DNA from: Haliotis rubra
Lineage: Eukaryota
Assembly (NCBI RefSeq): GCF_003918875.1
Contig: NW_025765003.1
Location: 4,650,001 to 4,714,000 of the forward strand
Direction of reading: 5' to 3'
Length of the DNA stretch: 64,000 bases
In this document: positions 1 through 11,115 of the stretch, piece by piece
How positions within the stretch are numbered: the first letter of the stretch is position 1
Layout: each line of letters begins with the position of its first letter
Notes under the pieces: model-generated
Databases searched by the model: none
What the model was told of the DNA's origin: nothing
The model's input: only the letters and a program-made list of their open reading frames with translations
Position numbers and translations under genes: made by a program

Positions 1-420
1 ACTGCATATGTTGAAGGTACGGTTCACTTGACTAAAGGCACACCAGGAAAATATGTTCAGCACCGCTATCTATTTTCGTTTAAAATAGTCACTTTCCTAA
101 TTCATATCTGTTTTGGTTGTAACAAAACACATTTGTAATCACATGTATTAGATCCGGTGATCTGATTGTGAAGTAGTGAGTGAGTGAGTTTAGCTTTGCG
201 CCGCATTCAGCAATATTCCAGCTATATGGAAATAATCCAATCTGAACTAGACAATCAAAGAGATCAACAGCATGAGCATCGATCTACGCAATTGCGATAC
301 GATGACGTGTCAACCAAGTCAGCGAGCCTGACCACCCGATCCCGTTAGTCCCTCTTACAGGCATGGGTTACTGAAGATCAGTTCTAACAAGGATCTTCAC
401 GGGTTGGATTGAGACGTACA

Positions 421-730
421 TGTATACAACCATGAATACAGTGCCTTGGTTATATCCCAAATATAACACGTGTTATATAAAGTATACACCCATGAATACA
501 GTGCCATGGTTATATCCCAAATATAACACGTGTTATATAAAGTATACACCCATGAATACAGTGCCATGGTTATATCCCAAATATAACACGTGTTATATAA
601 AGTATACACCCATGAATACAGTGCCATGGTTATATCCCAAATATAACACGTGTTATATAAAGTATACACCCATGAATACAGTGCCATGGTTATATCCCAA
701 ATATAACACGTGTTATATAAAGTATACAAC
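421..730. repeat. 60-bp minisatellite, about 5 copies
   Basis: Near-identical units GTATACACCCATGAATACAGTGCCATGGTTATATCCCAAATATAACACGTGTTATATAAA. Confidence 0.97.
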
Positions 731-2589
731 CATTACTGATGGTGACTAGCAAGAAGCAAAAAATGCAGTGGTTATTCGATGGTGATGTACTTCATATTGG
801 TATCTACGTTGTGTTTTGGACCCCAAGTTTGCAGTGTTTAGGATGCTGTTTTCGGCTTAGTAGTTTTGTTAACATTTGAAATGTTTCGGTCAATCCCCGT
901 CTACCCTTTCTCTGGCCGACAGTTAGACGCCTTTGCCAATGTTTGGTGTTCTTCAGTTCATAAGCGTTATGAAGATCAGGGATAAAATTTTCTTCTGCTA
1001 AAAAAGTTGTCGCAAGAGGGCTCCTCGCTGACTTGGTTGTATTCTACTTGTGCAGATCGATCCTCATGTCAATCACCGGTTTGTTTAGTGGATTTTTTTA
1101 TTTACAGAACGACGTAATGTGGCTTGAATACCTAATGCAGCGTTAAACAGATTCAGGATTCAAAGCTAACTATATAGTCCAGTTTAGGACATTTTCACCC
1201 GCTTTTGCTGACGACTGAGGCCAGAATAGACTATGCGTTCGCTCGTCAGGCTGATGACCCAGGTTAATCACCATAATGCCTACGCCCTTCCTGCGTCTCA
1301 TGCAGCTGCGGATTATAGCTCCTACACCAGTTTCCTATTTGTCAACAGCGAATGAAAACAGGATGTTATGAAGAACTGTTGAAATGGGATATTTCATCAT
1401 CCATGAGGTGTAGTGGGCTTAAACTCCCCATTTGTTTAATTACATGGCGGTTGCATACACTAGCGACGATATTTACAGGCAGATTTGTGGTGTTTCATAC
1501 GTCGCAGCTTGGCATGTACGAATACCCAACTCACACTTATTGACTCGACCCAACCAATAACTGCTCTCTCCCCAAATGCCAAGCACCAGGCATGTAAACA
1601 AGAAACCTAACGCTTAGTCTCAGAATATATATAATGTTGATAGAAACAAACAAGTCCTTTCAAACTGAAAAGGACCCTAGTGGGCCTGAACCTGAACCCG
1701 AGAAGCTTAACTTGCTTGATATATGGTTTTAGCACTGCAGAGAGGGACCAACAGAAGAGAAAATGCGGTTCAGGGACTGTGAGACTAGGTAACAAGTACA
1801 TGTTTTCCAAGTGGCCATAAACTAAACCATTAAAGTGTCTGAACAAGAAATCACATTGCTTTGAGCCGACCCTTTAAATCGTCTAGTGGAGAGCAGGTTC
1901 GGTCCCTGGAATGTGTCTTCTCAAAAGGCCTATATACCCCATGAAAAAGTAGAGTTGAAGGTTCTCTTTTCTTGGCCATTTTTCGGTTACATCGGTGTGG
2001 GCAGTCATGGACATTAATCGGTTTAATACAACATAAGTGTGACGCCAATAGGTCAAGGATCGAAAATGTGACGTCGCGGAATCTGGTGCAAAGAATCAGA
2101 ATCCGATTATGTGGATTGTTGTCCATTCTACTAAACAGAGTTGCTATGGGAGACAATACAAACAAATACATGCCCTCCACCTTTGTTCCATAAAAATGAT
2201 ACTTGGTTAGTCACCATCATACCCTCTTGGCTTCACCAAAAGTGTACAAAGAGTCGTTTAACACCCTCTGAAAGGAAGAATGGAAATAAAGTTGGGAAAC
2301 CCAACTCACGGTCAACCTGAACACACACCGATTATTCATTATTCGATGTCATTTCTGTCTGCCCTCAGGCCAAGAAGAGCTGCTGGAAGCATGTTCTCCC
2401 CACACTACAATGTACATTTGTCAATACGTCATGTTCCAAGGACCTCCACTGATCATTAGGTTTAGTGTTCTTACAGAGCACCCACAAGAAGTCCAGTAAA
2501 TGTATGCCCAGACAAGTCAGTTGACAGTTATCCAAAATGTAACAACTAAAGCTGCTCAATGATAACAGAACAATATCTGTTTCTACATC

Positions 2590-2725
2590 TTTATTTAACA
2601 TTTTTACATTTTTTTTCTTCACATTTATACATCATTTTTTTTCTCTTTTCTACACGTTTTTCTTTTCATATCTTTCTTTCTGTACATTTTTTTCAATTCT
2701 TTTGTTTTTAATATTTTCATATTTT
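2590..2725 (-). promoter_or_regulatory. A-rich tract followed by AATAAA poly(A) signal in the PABPN1 3' UTR
   Basis: The + strand T-rich run at 2596-2725 is A-rich on the mRNA strand. AATAAA sits at 2595-2590 with GU/U-rich sequence downstream. Confidence 0.6.
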
Positions 2726-3660
2726 GAGTCAAATACTGTCAGTCTGAAAAAGAATATGATTAGCATAATATCAACAACATATCTATGTTAAAATTGCAGA
2801 CAAGAGAAAACACGGATATAGGGGATAATTCACCTGGAAAAGAATGCATCAATAAGCAGGAAGTGCACGACTTACTACTCACAGTCAAAGCAATAGACTA
2901 ATCTTCAGGACATTAAAAGGGGAATGTCTTAAGGTATTTTAGAATATTAAGAAAAGAACCTTATGGTAGTATTCACAGACATACCTAACTATATCCATGA
3001 GGTGACTTTCACCCGAGATAACTTGATGCAATATTTAGAAGGTAAAATATGAAATAATGTTTGTTTTCAACCACTATTATGGGTGATAATTCAGAGGGAT
3101 TTCAAGTGTCATTCATAGTATCTGTTGAAGTCCAGATTACTACACTATAAAAGCGCACATTGACAACAGTGTACACATTAAAAGACAACACCAACAGTAT
3201 TTTAACGTCCACAGTTAAATAAGACCACTGAAATACAGTTATTCCACTATAATACAGGGAAGTCATATTCTGGCCTTGATAAAAACAAGATACAAAAATA
3301 GGGAACTGTAAATTTCTATTTCTTGCCTGCACCAGTTCATTGACTATCTTCCTGTCTCAAAACAACCTCTCACTCACACTTTCAAACGACCAATCCTCCA
3401 CATGCCATAGTAAGTATGTTAAAAAGAGATGGAAATATCATGCAGTATGGCACAATTAATCCATATGGGACATACAAACTACTATGGATTTTGATTCTGC
3501 TATGAGAATAAAAGGGTGGTATGACATGAACAAAACTTCTGACGTCGATGTTGATAAAAAGTCAGGCTGTAACTCTGATAGAATTTTAGGTAAGTTTTGG
3601 AGTTATTTTACCCCCATGGTTATCACCATAGTATCCTTCATTCTTTCTTGTTATTTAGTT

Positions 3661-6600
3661 TCAGTAAGGGGAATAGTAGGCTGCTCTTCGGTATCTCCTG
3701 AAACAAACAATTGTTCTCAATTTAACAAAGACTGACAAAAAGCATAACCTCAAATATTATGTCCAAGATATTTTTATGGATTAAACTTCTTTTTAATTTC
3801 TCTCAACGTTTCGAGACCATTCCAGGTCCCTTCATCAGGTGAACTGGCAGTTAAGACTATGACGTCGTCACTATGACGTCATAACTGAGTTATGACGTCA
3901 CAATGCAAGTGACATCACAGTACACTGGGGAGAGTACTGTATAAGTGAGTTTGAAGAGTTAATTACATAATGATGAAAATTCATGCTAAAGTGACGACGT
4001 CATAGTCCTAACTGCCAGTTCACCTGATGAAGGGACCTGGAATGGTCTCGAAACGTCGTGAGAGAAATTAAAAAGAAGTTTAATCCATAAAAATATCTTG
4101 GACATCAATGTACAACTTCTAAATGCCACTGAAAGACCTCAAATATTATATGTTTCCTCAATGTTTCAAAGTTTACTAACATTTCATTACTACTGATCTT
4201 GTGCAGATAAAGGTCTTGATGTAACATTTTACCGACAAAATGAAGCACTGAGTACACATCATTACTTAGGATACCTTCAGGAAACTACATACTATACTTG
4301 TTTGTACCTACACATCACAAGTCACAAGCGACTGAAGAATGACAACTGTAGCAATGTTAACAGAAGTGATTTTTACTTCTGAATTCTTGGAGAAGAAATG
4401 TATCATCATAAGAGACATCTGCACTGACATGATATAACATAACACATTGTAATTATGTTTACATGTCAACAACAATATCTACAACAAAAGCTACACTCTT
4501 CCTGTTTATGAAACAGAAAGTATAAAAGAAAATAATGAAAACAGGTTTTTTAGTCTGAACCAGTGAGATTTTTTCATCAAAACCCTAGATAAGTCATAAT
4601 TAATTGCAGTTAGGTATGAATAGTAACTGCTCATTGTGTCTCCCAAATATCTGGGGATGTAGGTTTTTTGTTTCATAATGGCATATATTTAGAGCTATAT
4701 CATTCCAAAAATACAAAGGAAAACATGACGAAGTGAAAATTTATCAGTTGAAGGTATTAAAACATTTTCAAAATATCTATGATTGCATGGTAATACAACA
4801 TCAACTCTAGTCAGCAGAATGTCTGACTGATATGAAGATGTTTGATCAATGTAGATATTACAGAACAGAAAATTTCCTAATTCGTCTTTCAGCAAGGCGT
4901 GTAAGCACTAAGAAAAGTATGTGTTTTACTAGAATTGTGAGAACAAATTCCAGGTCTCTGCTATTAATCATTTGAAAGGAAACTACTTTAGGTTAATAAA
5001 ATACATACAATTCCCAAATTTAAAGTAACTTGGCAAAACATCAAAAAGAAAGGTAACAAACCCATATGGTCTTCTTCCCCTGGGGTTAAACCCACGTCCC
5101 CTGCCTCTGCCTCTACTGCGTGGGAAGCGATTTGTGGAACTAATGCCTGGCCTATTTGTCCGTTTTGGAGAGACCTGAAACCATAAAATGGATCTGAAAT
5201 AAATAAACAATCCATACACTGTACACTCATTTGAGATGAGTTTCTATGAAAACCATATGGTATAAACAATACATCTAGCATCACAACCTAAGACACTAGC
5301 ATAGATTATTAATTCTCTCAGAGCTGTTCTAAATTGGTGTGTATGAAGGTAAGAAAAAAAAGAAAATTACCAGCTTTACTAAAGGACTAATGCTGCTTTA
5401 CCTTAATTTGTCGACCTCTGAAAAGTGAGTCATCCAAAGCCATTGCAGTTGCAACTGAATCTTTGTCAGCAAATTCAATATATGCAAATCTGGAACAAAA
5501 CATTTGTCTTGAATTAGAAAATCGAAAAAACTGTTGCAGTATTTCTTTGGAAGCACAAAATATGAACATGATCATGATGGTCAGCTGATAATAGAAAGCC
5601 ATTTCTCCAAGATCAGCAGCATATGTTACAATCACAGAGGATCAGAAGTCCAACATGTGTAAACATCATTTCTTGGAATAATCTATCTATAAATAATATG
5701 GACACGTAAAGATGGGGTGTTGGGGGGCATGGTGTATATATGTGTATGTGTGTGTGCATTTCTTTTCAGCTAGGGCAAACAGATAGTCTTTCAAAATATG
5801 CCTTACAACTGTCATACGAAAAACCATGCACTATTTGAAAGCTAAAAACTTATCTAAGGTATTTTTATAATCACTACATGCAGGTGCGTTTGATAATGGT
5901 GAGATCTTTGAAAGTCACAATTTTTCTGAAATCCTAAATAGAAGAAACACAATCAGGAACCAGGTACAGAGATAACTTTAATCATACTGAAAATTCAGCA
6001 TTTCTCCAAGATCAGTAGCGGTTATGTTACAATCACAAAGGATCAGAAGTCCAACATGTGCAAACATCACTTCTTGGTAAAATCTATCTATAAATAATAT
6101 GGACACGTAAAGATGGGGTGTTGGGGGGCATGGTGTATATATGTGTATGTGTGTGCGTGCATTTCTTTTCAGCTAGGGCAAACAGATAGTCTTTCAAAAT
6201 ATGCCTTACAACTGTCATACGAAAAACCATGCACTATTTGAAAGCTAAAAACTTATCTAAGGTATTTTTATAATCACTACATGCAGGTGCGTTTGATAAT
6301 GGTGAGATCTTTGAAAGTCACAATTTTTCTGAAATCCTAAATAGAAGAAACACAATCAGGAACCAGGTACAGAGATATGTTTAATCATATTGAAAATTCA
6401 GCATTTCCCCAAGATCAGTAGCGGTTATGTTACAATCACAAAGGATCAGAAGTCCAACATGTGCAAACATCACTTCTTGGAAAATTTTGTCTATCTACAA
6501 ATAATGAGGACAAACATGGTAAAGATATAGGGATGGGGTGTTTGCAGCTAGGGGAAACTGATGGCTTTTTCAAAATACATCTTTCAAAATTCATACACAA

Positions 6601-9600
6601 AACATGGCAATATTTGAAAGCTAGTAACTTATTCAGGGTAATATTCAGGATCACTATATGTATGATTTACAATGGTGAAATCTTTGAAAGTCCAATATTC
6701 CCAGAACCTCTATTTCCTTACAATGCTTCTTACAAAACTTAAACATGTTGCAGATGAAAAACAAATGCACACTGCAAACCAGAAACTTATTAAGAGGGTC
6801 ATTTTCTAACAGCGGACAGGGAATATTTTAGTTTTTGCAACATACAAGGTAATAGACTGAATAAACATGCAGTGCCATAAGAAGAGTCATGTTCTAAAAC
6901 CGTCTGTTGAAACTCCAAACTTATTTTCAGGGTTTTTTTGCTGATGACTACACATAATATCTTGACCAATTCAAAGACCCCTTTTCTTCGTTCTTAGGGA
7001 AACAATCATATATAGATGTGTAAATCTTGAAAATTTGTATAGGTCTCCAAGATCAGTAGCGGATATGTTACAATCACAGAGGATCAGAAGTCCAACATGT
7101 GCAAACATCATTTCTTGGGATATCAGAATCATGTATCTCCTATCTTGACAAACTTTTAAAATTGCACCTTTTGAAGATGAGCAGTACATTCCTTGCAGCC
7201 ATAAGGTAACTATATGTTTGAGCAACACTGAAAGTTTGACAAATAATGCAGTTTCAAGAGTTATATTCTGGCAACTGGCATGTTGTAAAACATGGTTTGC
7301 ATACTGCCTTCATAGATTTCCAAATGTTTCAATACTAGTCAAAACTTGGAGTGAGTGAGTATAACTTTACCCTGCTTTAGCGATATTCCAGGAACATGGT
7401 GTGGGACACCAGAAATAGTCTTCACACATTGTACCCATGTGGGGAATCCAACCCGGGCCTTCAGCGTTACGAGCGAACGTTTTAACCACTTAGTTAACCC
7501 ACTGCCCCAGTCAAACTTGGGAATCTTTCAATTTGCATCAACAACTATGTTAGTTACAACTATTCAACTTTTGTTCAGCCAATACTTCTGTGATTGTTTC
7601 AGAATGATGTAGTCTTTGAAAGACACCATCCTCTTAGCAATTCTTTGTGGAATAACAAGAAAAAACAGAAAACTCTACCAGGTACAGATATAACTTTGCA
7701 TGGTTGAAAGTACTTTTTTCTCCAAGATCAGCAGTGGTTATGTTACAATCATGGAAAATCAGAAGTCCAACATGTGAAACATCACTTCTTGGAATATGTT
7801 AGCTAAAACTCCAAAGTAGAATCTGACAAGCCTTAAATCATACATGACATTCAAAGATAACGCACCCCTTTGGATGGCCTGTGAATTTGTCACATAGTAT
7901 GGTCACTCGGTTCACAGAGCCACATCCATGAAAATGTTGCTCCAATTCTTCTGCTGTGGCACCGTAATCAACCTAAAACATTCACTCTAATGTTAAAAGA
8001 GCAATTTTGCACAAAAGTGATAAACACAATCAGACAAAAGAAAATACTAAGATTCATAAATTTTTAAAAAAGCATAAATGGGTAGCAGTAATATCAATGT
8101 AAAATATTTCATGATGAAGGTTGGAATGCTTAAAATTTTTCATACACATTTGAAGGTGGTTGCTTTTTTGTGAAATGTTAAGTAAGAGGGGAATTAACAC
8201 TATGATCAGCTAAAAACACTTGTCAATGCTGAGGTGATATGGGAATTGGGTCACTCACACAGTGCAGTATTGGTACAAATAAAATGCAATGGAAGTTTGA
8301 CTTGCCATACCACACGTACCAAAATTATGTACAGAAAATATTAATACTAACTTAAGCAATCGACATTGTAAAATAGGACTGTCGTTACCAATAATGTACT
8401 CACATTACCACAATATATTGAACGAGCATCAGCTTCTATTTTTTCATCAACGCTTGGAAAAGATGCTGAAATGAACAGGTCTGTCTGTGTAAAGTTTGGA
8501 GTAAGTTACAATTTATAGGACTGATAAGTCTCATGATAGAGGTCTATTGACCTTATTATTTGATTGAAGTTTTAGACTTGTGTATTTAACACATTCAATG
8601 GTGAAAAACAACATATAGAAAGCCACAAAGTATTTAATTAAGCCAATAAACAAATTATTTCATGGGGTTTGATGTTCTACATGCTGGAAGATACCTATAA
8701 TTGAAGTACTTGTCAAGTTTAAGTTTCTTTAATTGAATGTAGAGAAATGTGTTGGCTGTTAAACTAATAAACCTATTAAAAAAAACCAAAACATTACATG
8801 TAGAACGCTCATCCATAATTCTCAACATTGTTAGCCAATTTCAATCAGGGCATACCAGTCCTAAAACAATACATTTCTAATCATGGCAAAGGTTGATAAC
8901 TGGACATGTAAATGAATAAAAATACAAATTCTTAGCATGCCAACAAAGCTTTTGATACTGATGCCATTGATCCTGTTGATGGATGATGTTTTGAGCAAAG
9001 TGATTAAAACTTATGATGAAAATCCAAATGGTTTCTTAACACTGCACAGTGTCAAAAGAACAATGTTCATCGTGTCTTTACTGACTAAAACCCACATATA
9101 GATGAAGAGCTCATATTCATTTGACTATCAACTTCTTTCTGCATTTCTTTCAATTTTTCAGCTTCTTCTTCCATTTCTTTGACCCTGGCTTTGATAGCCT
9201 CAAGTTCCTGCAACAGTCATCAAATATCTCATTGTTGTCACAACATATATAACAGATGCTGCCTCAGAAGGTTCGAGTGTGACAATCTGACAAGTGTTTA
9301 GTGAAACATCATTGTTCGCAGATTAAATATTGTTCAAAAGATTTTTTGGTTTTTTTCTTTGAATCGTCAGGAATTGTTGCAGCAGTAGAGATGGAGAACA
9401 CAGTTCAATCATCTGCACGAACTAGTACATATCGAGACGCTCAGTAGGCGTATATTTGAACCTAACCAAACTTTTTAACGAAATATAAGAATCTATCTAT
9501 TGTGATTAAACAGCTGTAGGCATGTTTCAAGTGTATATCTTGTATATTCATACAGACCGGATCTTCCACGCCAACATCTTCAGATACTATTGCACTGGTG

Positions 9601-9698
9601 TCGGCGTCAGTGGCTTCGGGATCAAACTGACTCGTGTCGAAATCTCCATTGGTTTCTGTAAAACTTTCTTCCTGATCACCATTTTCAATATCGGCCAT
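3661..9698 (-). CDS. PABPN1: Nuclear poly(A)-binding protein 1 (PABP2), 7 coding exons, 219 aa
   Basis: Exons 9698-9558, 9207-9096, 8465-8404, 7972-7866, 5489-5402, 5174-5062 and 3697-3661 all have GT-AG introns with matching phases (660 nt). The protein has an acidic N-terminus, coiled coil [29 protein letters not shown] ([52 protein letters not shown]) and an RG-rich tail ending RRAAYYSPY*. Confidence 0.97.
3761..4135. mobile_element. Foldback Penelope-like-element remnant with hammerhead motifs in both arms
   Basis: Inverted arms of about 113 bp (3760-3872 and 3990-4104) flanked by the 14-bp direct repeat ACCTCAAATATTAT (3747-3760, 4136-4149). Confidence 0.75.
4020..4061 (+). ncRNA. Minimal type I hammerhead ribozyme (PLE type)
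   Basis: TCAC-CTGATGA-A-GGGACC(tggaat)GGTCTC-GAAA-CG-TC-GTGA: stem I TCAC/GTGA, 6-bp stem II, palindromic minimal stem III, GUC cleavage triplet. Confidence 0.75.
5606..5677 (-). ncRNA. Box C/D snoRNA copy 1, SNORD104/snR58-like
   Basis: Terminal stem TCCAAGA/TCTTGGA, box C ATGATGT, guide ACACATGTTGGACTT, D' CTGA, C' GTGATT, box D CTGA. Lies in PABPN1 intron 4 in the host's sense orientation. Confidence 0.85.
6006..6077 (-). ncRNA. Box C/D snoRNA copy 2, SNORD104/snR58-like
   Basis: CCAAGA stem, box C GTGATGT, guide GCACATGTTGGACTT-CTGA complementary to 28S GAGUCUAACAUGUGC (one internal G:U), C' GTGATT, box D CTGA. Confidence 0.88.
6409..6480 (-). ncRNA. Box C/D snoRNA copy 3, SNORD104/snR58-like
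   Basis: Same boxes, guide and terminal stem as copy 2. Confidence 0.88.
7047..7118 (-). ncRNA. Box C/D snoRNA copy 4, SNORD104/snR58-like
   Basis: Box C ATGATGT, guide GCACATGTTGGACTT, D' CTGA, C' GTGATT, D CTGA and CCAAG stem. The flanks have diverged while the snoRNA is conserved. Confidence 0.87.
7721..7793 (-). ncRNA. Box C/D snoRNA copy 5, SNORD104/snR58-like
   Basis: Box C GTGATGT, guide CACATGTTGGACTT, D' CTGA, C' ATGATT, D CTGA and TCCAAGA stem. Starts about 70 nt downstream of the exon 4 donor. Confidence 0.83.
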
Positions 9699-9719
9699 AT
9701 TTACGAAATAAATATACAC

Positions 9720-9900
9720 TTAGACACAAAAATGGAGGACTGTATGATTAAGAGAGGGATAAAATATGATAAAACAAATATGATTAAACAATAAGAGAGT
9801 AGTTAGTCTCTCGATGGTAAGGATTAAGAGACAGCCGTTAAGCGGCAGACAAAGAGACGCTCGTCGAACAATTTGTCAACTTCCGGTTACGTTCGGAAAA
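9720..9900 (-). promoter_or_regulatory. Putative PABPN1 promoter/5' region with YY1-like and ETS motifs
   Basis: CAAAATGGAG (YY1-like, 9727-9737) and ACTTCCGG (ETS/GABP, about 9879-9886) in a locally CpG-rich stretch upstream of the ATG. Confidence 0.4.
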
Positions 9901-11115
9901 CCTCGTCTATGTGTCGGATCTTCGATTTTCCGACAATCGTCTTACCACCATTGTACAACTCGGACACGAGCGAGATAAATAATTCATTTTATATAATCTA
10001 CATATATACATGAACATATGCTTTGACACATGCACAACAAGCTACAACAAGCTGGTGTTTAAATGTATTAGCAGGCTTCACTTTGCGGACTTTATTACTG
10101 GTGTGTTCCGATTGCTTACACACGGGATGAGAGTAGCCGCCCTTTGAAAATACAAACAAAACATAAAAGAACAGACAAGAAAAAACAAAACAAGAGTAGC
10201 TAAAGCAAAATTTATGAAAAAAAGCAGAGGCGTGTCATTTTACCTCCTGTCGAAGTTATATATATAAATAAAGGATCAGGGTAAAATAATCCGAAGAGAT
10301 TTTCATTTTTAGAAGAGGCCCCCATCCGATGTTATCTTACATAGAGTCGGCATTTTGCGAGTTCATCTACGGAAAACACGTTGTTAAACATAATATACAG
10401 CGACATATGTCTTGTGATAAAATGGGAGTAGATTTACACTAATAAATATCTTCAGAGATTAAATGTTAAAATAGTAACTGGATAATGATGTTACGAATTT
10501 AGGCCATTAAGAAATTTAGATTTCTTCTGTCATATTTAAATAGTGATAGTATGTATCCTTTGATCTTGTTTATATTACATGTCATTTGGTGAAAGAGATC
10601 TGAAATCTAGTGCTAATATATATGAATGTCAAACATGCGTTAAATGAACTAACTATTAACAATTAACTGAGAGTAATTCATAGACGCTTACATTGTAACT
10701 CCAGCTTTTGGTGAGTTTATCCATATATATTAAAGGACCCTGAGAACTTCAACATTGTATTGTATGTTATTGTGTAAAACATCCCTAAAAGATGTATTCA
10801 TTTGAATATATGTCTGTTCAGAAAGTTTCTAAGATAAAACATGGTTATCAAAAGATTTTACCCGGAAAACACTAAGGAACATTTTGACACAAACAATTGG
10901 TGAAAATTGATCATATCGCATGCGAAAAGTAGGAAGTCTAGTTCATGATTTACACCTGTGTTTTGCACTATCATATCTGTAAATGATTCAGATGAAACCG
11001 TATTTGATTTCATACTTATTTTGCAAATCAAGCGACCGTGGTCGAACCCATAAGATGAACCCTGATGTCTTGAGAGAAAAGTCGACCCCGCAGATTAACA
11101 TGTTAGCATCACAAG

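Larger units (their letters stand above)
5600..6700. repeat. About 400-bp tandem duplication units, each carrying one snoRNA
   Basis: 5600-6000 and 6000-6403 are nearly identical. The third unit has a diverged spacer, and remnants of the same spacer recur near 7610-7720. Confidence 0.9.

Noticed and set aside
397-749. Repetitive ORFs on both strands
   Set aside because: Translations of a 60-bp tandem repeat.
3994-4059. Type III hammerhead fold using ACGACGU/ACGUCGU as stem III
   Set aside because: No stem I can form between 4002 and 4023, so only the minimal type I fold is supported.
5780-5930. H/ACA snoRNA in the spacer between the C/D copies
   Set aside because: Only one hairpin is evident, and no properly placed H and ACA boxes are conserved between units.
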